Shown here piece by piece: positions 56,925-64,000 of a stretch of 64,000 nucleotides of DNA. Numbering within the stretch: the first letter of the stretch is position 1; each line of letters opens with the position of its first letter. Both the position numbers and the translations under genes were made by a program. The DNA is taken from assembly GCA_951406725.2 (NCBI GenBank), contig OX597828.1:9424001-9488000 (forward strand), written 5' to 3'. The notes beneath the pieces are model-generated. The model was not told where the DNA came from. It made no database searches and was given only the letters and a program-made list of their open reading frames with translations. The stretch comes from Octopus vulgaris (Eukaryota).

Positions 56925-56953
<29 letters not shown>
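56380..56953. repeat. Purine-rich compound (GAA)n/(AAT)n low-complexity tract
   Basis: Direct reading; source of the poly-E/K/L ORFs. Confidence 0.95.
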
Positions 56954-56956
<3 letters not shown>

Positions 56957-56959
56957 GGC

Positions 56960-57320
56960 CTTCTATGTTTTTAACGTGAAGCAATTGGCTGCGACACTTT
57001 TCTGATTGATGGCTGCTATCAGTTTGAAAAATTGCAAACAGTCCCACCGGGACATTGCACGTGCCTTTTCTCCGCTTAAAGTAACCACAAGAAAAAAGTT
57101 TCTGATTTTATTCCATTGACTGTGGGGTTTGCAATATTTGAACTGTTCTATGCTTCCGCTGGTACATCTCATCTTAATGTGCTCGTTGCCTCCATTGCTA
57201 CTGCTTATGTGTATTGGTTTTTTTATGCACATATTTAGCAGGTACTGATACAATTTATTCATACATTTCAGTTGCCTTCTCATGTAACCTCCTCATCCTA
57301 TTTTACACTTCACGGTTTCT
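56960..57320 (-). mobile_element. Possible RTE-type AP-endonuclease fragment
   Basis: NQKSVAANCF resembles the NLxIaNTFF motif, with an upstream GDFN-like remnant. Decayed. Confidence 0.25.
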
Positions 57321-57385
57321 GAGTAAAAACCCACAGAAACCCACGCTCGCACTGTCACCCTCAATGTTACCCCTATAACACACAA

Positions 57386-57442
<57 letters not shown>

Positions 57443-57443
57443 G

Positions 57444-57486
<43 letters not shown>

Positions 57487-58793
57487 CATCATCATCATCA
57501 TCATTGTTGATGCTGATGTTATACTTAGTAGAAAACAGCAGCAGTACCAGCAACAGCAGCAGCAGCAGCATTAGTAGTAGTAGTATCATCAAAACCACCC
57601 GTCTCCTGCTCTTCATCATTCTTACAGCATCTACATCTTTTCAAAAAGTGAAAATAAAAAGGAAGAAAATAGTTTGTTTCAAGCCAGATATTTTTGTTTT
57701 ATGTAATTATTTTATGTATTTTGTAATACTAATAGTAAACCATGTATGTATATCTATTATGTGCTTCTTGTATTAGTTATTTCTCTCCGTGTATATGTGT
57801 GCACACGTGCGTGTTCATATTTCTTTCGTTTTTACCCAATAGCATTCACTTAGCTTTCATTAGGTATATCCTTTTTTTTTTTTCAACTGATCGATCGCTA
57901 CCAATCTTGGCTCCTCGACAAGTGGATTTCAGCTGCACTGCAAGTTATCAGACCTCGCCAGAGACACGCCGGAAGTAGCTCTCCAAATGTCTGCAGTTAA
58001 AGTAAACTAGCACTACAGCTCTGAAGGGTACTTTAACTTTAGTATCAGCAGAAGGACGAGACACATTTCATCCTGAAACCTGCGTAAGTATAAAACACGG
58101 TAGTACATGTGCATAATATATATATATATTTGTGTGCGCGTACTTATACATAAATAGATACAAATATATACAGGCTGTTATATAGTTAAAGAGAAAGAAA
58201 GTATTGAGAATGATTTTACAATGAGAAGAGAAAATATATATAACTCTGTAATTTACAAAAGGCAAAAAGAATTAAGCTTCATTTGGGAAATTTTCTGCAG
58301 CTTCATGCTATTTCATTATTTCATGCAACAACCACAGACAAAAGAAGAAAAAGTATTTTGCACTGAAATACTTTAAAACAATAAGAAAATATGTACAGAC
58401 ATAAATATGTCGAAGTATAGAGTGATTTTGCAGCAATGCGCAATTGCACAAGCATGTACGTTGGCATATGCAATGACAAGAATACAAATGGACAAAGCGG
58501 TACATATACACAAGCATATGTCTGTGTGGATATGTGTATGGACTTGTATATTTGTGCTGTAACAGGTATCTTTTTCCGACATGATGAGAAATTCTCTCAA
58601 AGTCACTTATATTATACACTTCCTTAAATATGTATTTCAGTACATATATGCGTGTGTGTATGTGTGTGTGCGCGTGTTTGTGTATAGTTGTCTCTGTGTA
58701 TATATATATATATGTTTGTTTGTATATATACAGGGTGAGACAGAGAGTGATTATATACATACATATATATCATATACATATATACATATATAT

Positions 58794-58874
<81 letters not shown>

Positions 58875-59069
58875 AAGGGCGACTACACCTGTTCAACATA
58901 CTTGACTTGTTGGGGACGAAAATACAGCCTCAACAGATGCCTTCACAACATTACGCACAGCGTCTACAATTATAACCCATCAGACAGTCATAACGTCGGA
59001 TAGGATTTGCGTGTCTTTGACATACCCGCATCTATGTGCAAGTCATGTGAAAATTCAAGATATCGAACC

Positions 59070-60063
59070 AATGTTCAATTGGCAATAAGGAGCTAAAATT
59101 GAGGAGCTGAAAATCTGTATTCGGCATGTGGCCTTGTGGGTTTTAAGAATGGAAAGAACGTGATAAAAAAAAAAACAGCAAAGAATATGCTCTATTTATG
59201 GCCGAGGTGTCATTTCTAACTAGGAAGTGCTAAATTGCTAATGAAAGATTCGTCCCGAAGATTTGTCATTAAGATATGACAAATCTTAGCCCAGGACGCT
59301 CATCAGACTCCGATCGAGATACTTTAAGACAACTAGTGAAATTCAATCCTCGTAAAAGTACTCGAGAATTAGCAAGTGACCTCAACACATCCTAATCTAC
59401 TACCTGCCACCACTTAGAAAAAATAGGAAAAGTCAGTAAGCTGGGCGTTTGTGTTCTCTATACAATTACAATAGTAGGGAAGATTGACGAGCCTTCTGTG
59501 AAATCAGAGGAAGGACCCATTTCTCGGCTGATGAGAATTTTATCTTTTATGACACATTTCTGTGTGTATAGTGGGGTCACCACTGTATTATTAATTTTCA
59601 GTTTTTAAACAGCAATCAAGCATTAAATGTCGATTTATACTCTCAACAACTGCAACGCGTACATGAAAATATTTTAAGAAAATGTCCAGAACTCTTCAAT
59701 ATGAAAAACGTCGTGATTACTCATAATGACGCAAGACCTCATTTAGTAAGAACCTTGCAGGATAAAGTATTGTATTCGGCTAGTCTGTTCAACTCCATTG
59801 ACCATATTAACCAGGCTTTGCACCAAATGATTTTCAGAAAAGACTTTCTGAAGAAAATCAAGAGAAAGCATATGCTGAAAGATTCTTCACCTCGAAGCTA
59901 CCTGAATTTTACGCAGGCCGAATCGGAAAGATACTTGATAAATGGCAAGAGGTCATTCAAAATAATGGCAGATATACTGATAATTGAAGATAATTCTTCG
60001 TAGAAACTTTTTGTGGGCGAATATGTTTAAAAAATCGGAAATTGTATATAACTCAACCAAATA
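59070..60063 (+). mobile_element. Decayed mariner transposon (Hsmar1/cecropia-like)
   Basis: IRHV.LW.FKNGKN, PGRSSD.DRDTLRQLV.FNPRKSTRELASDLNTS, HHLEKIGKVSKLGVCV (WVP-like), HNDARPH. Right TIR-like CGGAAATT...CAACCAAATA. Internal deletions. Confidence 0.82.
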
Positions 60064-60327
60064 TATATGTAGGTACAGTGACAGTGAAAGAAAATATATT
60101 CGTTTTGTAGGCACTTCTAGACACGGATAGAAAATATAACGTCTTGTATAGTCATTGGGAAATGCCCTGTTCCACTAAACACCAATTAATGAATGTCTAA
60201 AGACACACTGGTGATAATTTATCACACATTGTCGTATATGATTTTTTTCTAAACTGATTTCATTCGATAATCACGTTACAAGGAGAGTAACATTTGATAT
60301 GTTGTCTTTATCATAACCAATAAATTT

Positions 60328-60657
<330 letters not shown>

Positions 60658-60883
60658 TTATTATCTGATTTGTATCGACGTACATGACAGAAGCCCAGTT
60701 GCACGAATACGCTAGGTCAAGTGTTGTAGTGTAAATATGCGTTTTAATATATGTGTGCGTATGATTTTTGACACACACAAATATACACACACGTATATAT
60801 ATATATGCATATGTATATATACATATATATATATAATTATTTATGTATATGTATATGTATGTATATATATACATATGTACATG

Positions 60884-60936
<53 letters not shown>

Positions 60937-62057
60937 GCACACCTATGTATTTGTGTGTGTGGGCACATATATATATATATATATATATAGATATATAGGT
61001 CACACCAGGCATGCAATCAATAAGAGTGTTTGTCTATGTGTCATATTTTATTAATCTATACATATTTAACTATGACAATCTAGGGAAAGGGATGGGACAC
61101 CTATCACGACAGGAGGCTATGTATGCATAAATATTACACACGGAAATAACATTTAATAAAATATGCAACAAGGGTATTATGCATACTGCTGCTTATTCGG
61201 CCTTATGTATAGAATTCTGTTTAAAATATATTAAAGTATAAATATTGAATCCTTTTTATATTCATTTTATCTACAATAATAATTTAAGATAGAGTGATAT
61301 ACAAAATAAAAAGTCGAATTATATGACCAAACAATTTATATGGCGGCCATGGCAAGGTGGTGTGTGTTGGGGGTACTGTACGTTGCTTAGTAACATACAA
61401 TTTGAAAATATTTTTTCTTTCTGTTGGACAGTTTATGCATGATTGAATGCTGGTAGAAGAAATCAGCTCTTGGCAACATGCCACACCTCAGGGTGTGCAA
61501 ATACAAACACATGCATTCATGCATTAAAATAACAACAGAAAAAAAATGAAATGTTAAGTAATTTGGCACGCAAAATATTCATATATACATATTTATAAAT
61601 GTATACGCATAATGTGTAAATAAGTTTAGTGCAAGTTTATGTATTTACACAGTGACACAGGAGTACACTCATAATTTAATATATATATACAAATCATACT
61701 TACACACACACACACATGTATATATATATTTATATATAAATGTATATATATACATATATACATACATCCATATGTATATATATGTATGTATGTATACATG
61801 TGTGTGTGAGTGTATATATGTATAAATATATATATGAATAATTAAATATATATACGTGTGTGTGTGCGTGTATGTGTATGTCTGTATGTTTGTGTGTGTA
61901 GTATGAGATGAAGTGTGTGAGAGGGAGAGGAATAAAACAGATAGAAAGACATGTTAATATAGCTATATTCATTGGACAGTTTCTTTAACCGCACGGGCGC
62001 GCACACACACACACACACGCACATACACACACTTACGTACACTCATGTATGTATGTA

Positions 62058-62089
<32 letters not shown>

Positions 62090-62363
62090 CATAGCTAGCT
62101 ATTTGTCTATCTGTCTATGTATTTATGCATATGTGGGTGTGAGTGTATGTATATATGTACGTAGTATATATGCGTCCATAGAAATATACTTTATAAGTAT
62201 AAAAAATTTGTGTGCGGGTGAATGTGTGTGCGCGTGTGGTTGTATATGTGTGTGTATTTGTGTGTGTGTGTGTGTGTTTTTGTGTATAGAAATATGTCTC
62301 CGCCTGCATGGGCCTTCTGCTTGCATGCTTATTTATGTTCCGCAATATTTTGTATATTCATTG

Positions 62364-62482
62364 TAAAGGCAGAATTGTTAGCACGCCGGTCACGTTGCTT
62401 AGCGGCATTTCATCCGTCTTTACATTGTTAGTTTAAATTCTGCCGAGGTAGACTTTGCCTTTCACTCTTCCGGATCGATAAC
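62364..62482 (+). mobile_element. SINE family C, 5' part
   Basis: GGCAGAATTGTTAGCACGCCGG...AAATTCTGCCGAGGTAGACTTTGCCTTTCA. Confidence 0.75.
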
Positions 62483-62642
62483 ATTAGTAAGATTTTACAA
62501 AACTAATATCTTGTAATCTTAATTTGTTATAAACTATTTTAATGTTAAGAAACACCTTACATGTTTCCTTAGAATATATATATAATTTTTCTATAGAATT
62601 ACCGTAAACTTAATATTAATTTGTTAGTCTAATCCAAGACTA

Positions 62643-62863
62643 TACAAGGGAGTGCTGAAAAGTTCCTGGTTTTGGGGAAAAGAAAATTCAGAAGGATCAG
62701 TTACATATGATTGTATTCAACATGTTCTCCTCTCAGATTCACACATTTATTGCAAAAGTCCTTCAGTATTTCAAAGCACTGTAAAAGAAATCGGAAGTTT
62801 GTGTCTCTATCAAGTTCATTCGCAATTCCCTTAAAACGAAGAACTTTTCAGCATCCCCACGTA
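62643..62863 (+). mobile_element. Mariner-type MITE (~220 bp) with TA ends
   Basis: TIRs TACAAGGGAGTGCTGAAAAGTTC and GAACTTTTCAGCATCCCCACGTA. Confidence 0.85.
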
Positions 62864-63288
62864 GATATATATACTAAGATTTTAGTAATTCCACCTCGTA
62901 CATAATATCTATATCGTGAAATGTGTGATCTTAAGATACATGGCGTCTTGAATATTGATGTACACGTCGTCTACAAAAAAGGCATTTCATTTCATAATAT
63001 GTTACTTCAGGTTCAGTGGAGAAAACCTCAATTCAGATGATAGAATGATGAGCCTTGTACAAGAAAGACCTTGCTCCAGTCTTAGTAAAATCTTGTTCTA
63101 TAGCCCTGATTTTAAATTTGTATAGGCCACGTGCTCAGAGTCAGTCGCTTACTTGGAGAGACTAAAGAATATGTTTAATGTATAAAACAATGAGCATCTA
63201 ATAACTATACATTAAACAAATTAAACAAATTATACCTGTTACCGGATGGAGTAATTTTGAAGTTAATCTTACTTTAGCGGGAAACAAT

Positions 63289-63340
<52 letters not shown>

Positions 63341-63451
63341 CATATATATATATATATATATATGTAGGTCCCGGGTTGATTCGGGGTTAACCACAGTAAA
63401 TAAAGGTACTCAATACATAGCAGAGTAAAATTAATTTATTATATAGAAGGG

Positions 63452-63501
63452 AGCTTTACAGGACTAGAACTGTTTCATTCAAGAGAAATCTTCAGGAAGC
63501 T
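63452..63501 (-). ncRNA. Mirror-image hammerhead, stem I weakened by a 1-nt deletion
   Basis: AGCTTC-CTGAAGA-TTTCTCTTGAAT-GAAA-CAGTTCTAGTCCTG-TA-AAGCT on the minus strand. Confidence 0.55.
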
Positions 63502-63505
63502 CTGA

Positions 63506-63556
63506 AGCTTCCTGAAGATTTCTCTTGAATGAAACAGTTCTAGTCCTGTAGAAGCT
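63506..63556 (+). ncRNA. Putative type I hammerhead ribozyme
   Basis: AGCTTC-CTGAAGA-T-TTC(TCTT)GAA-T-GAAA-CAG(TTCTAGTC)CTG-TA-GAAGCT. 6-bp stem I, weak stem II, 4-bp stem III including A15.1-U16.1, GUA site at 63548-63550. Confidence 0.7.
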
Positions 63557-63558
63557 CC

Positions 63559-63620
<62 letters not shown>

Positions 63621-63625
<5 letters not shown>

Positions 63626-63830
63626 AAGGCTGCTGAAAAGATCCTGCATTTAAAGATATCGCGAAAGGCTTGGATGGTGACCCAAATTCCGAACTCTTTT
63701 TCAAGGCATAGAATGAAGGACTTTCGCCCAAGCGAGAGTCGCAATAAGTGTGTGAATCTGAGAGGAAAATAAGTTCAATGAATCACAATTAACTGATCGT
63801 CCTGTATTTTCTAAAGAACTGCTTTCGCCA
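63621..63830 (-). mobile_element. Second, inverted and more decayed copy of the mariner MITE
   Basis: GCTGAAAAGATCCTG TIR. AATAAGTGTGTGAATCTGAGAGGA is the reverse complement of TCCTCTCAGATTCACACATTTATT (~62728). Confidence 0.7.
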
Positions 63831-64000
63831 ATGATAAGGATATAATCTTCCATGCTAGAAAGACATTACTTTTCATAGAATGCAAAGTGGGTAAAAACAC
63901 CGAAAGCATATGATGGGGACATCTGTGAGACTTTCACACACCCACTCGCATATATATATAATATGAGGACATCTTCAATAGCGTTGCCCAGTTATAATAA

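Larger units (their letters stand above)
63362..63566. repeat. Fold-back element between two (TA)n tracts: ~60-bp inverted arms plus a 3' tail on the minus strand
   Basis: 63441-63501 is the near-perfect inverted copy of 63506-63566. The minus strand continues with AATAAA and a tail into (TA)n. Confidence 0.9.

Noticed and set aside
56268-57047. 259-, 196- and 169-aa ORFs resembling acidic or membrane proteins
   Set aside because: They overlap on both strands of a compound GAA/AAT repeat, a low-complexity artefact.

Overview
Very AT-rich, microsatellite-saturated eukaryotic DNA ((TA)n, (TAA)n, (GAA)n, (GATA)n, (CA)n). No host protein-coding gene is recognisable, so this is probably intronic or intergenic. 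The tRNA-derived SINE families and repeat landscape resemble an Octopus genome (inference from recalled repeat families, not searched). All real coding signal is transposon-derived and disrupted: a Tigger/pogo DD32D transposase, two mariner relics, a maT-like relic, a head-to-tail array of three R4/Dong-type LINE insertions each inside (TAA)n, and faint older LINE relics. There are also mariner MITEs and a short Helitron-like element. About 8 kb (40146-48083) is repeated after a 100-N gap (48184-56344), most likely an uncollapsed haplotype. The most interesting signal is non-coding. Several apparently unrelated short repeats, nearly all abutting (TA)n and often arranged as fold-back or direct pairs, carry hammerhead-ribozyme cores (CUGANGA/CCGANGA...GAAA...UH). 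The best case is a near-complete type I hammerhead at 63506-63556, mirrored on the opposite strand. These look like Penelope-like pseudo-LTR or retrozyme relics. All structures were folded by eye and ribozyme activity is untested. Most ORFs in the supplied track are microsatellite artefacts.
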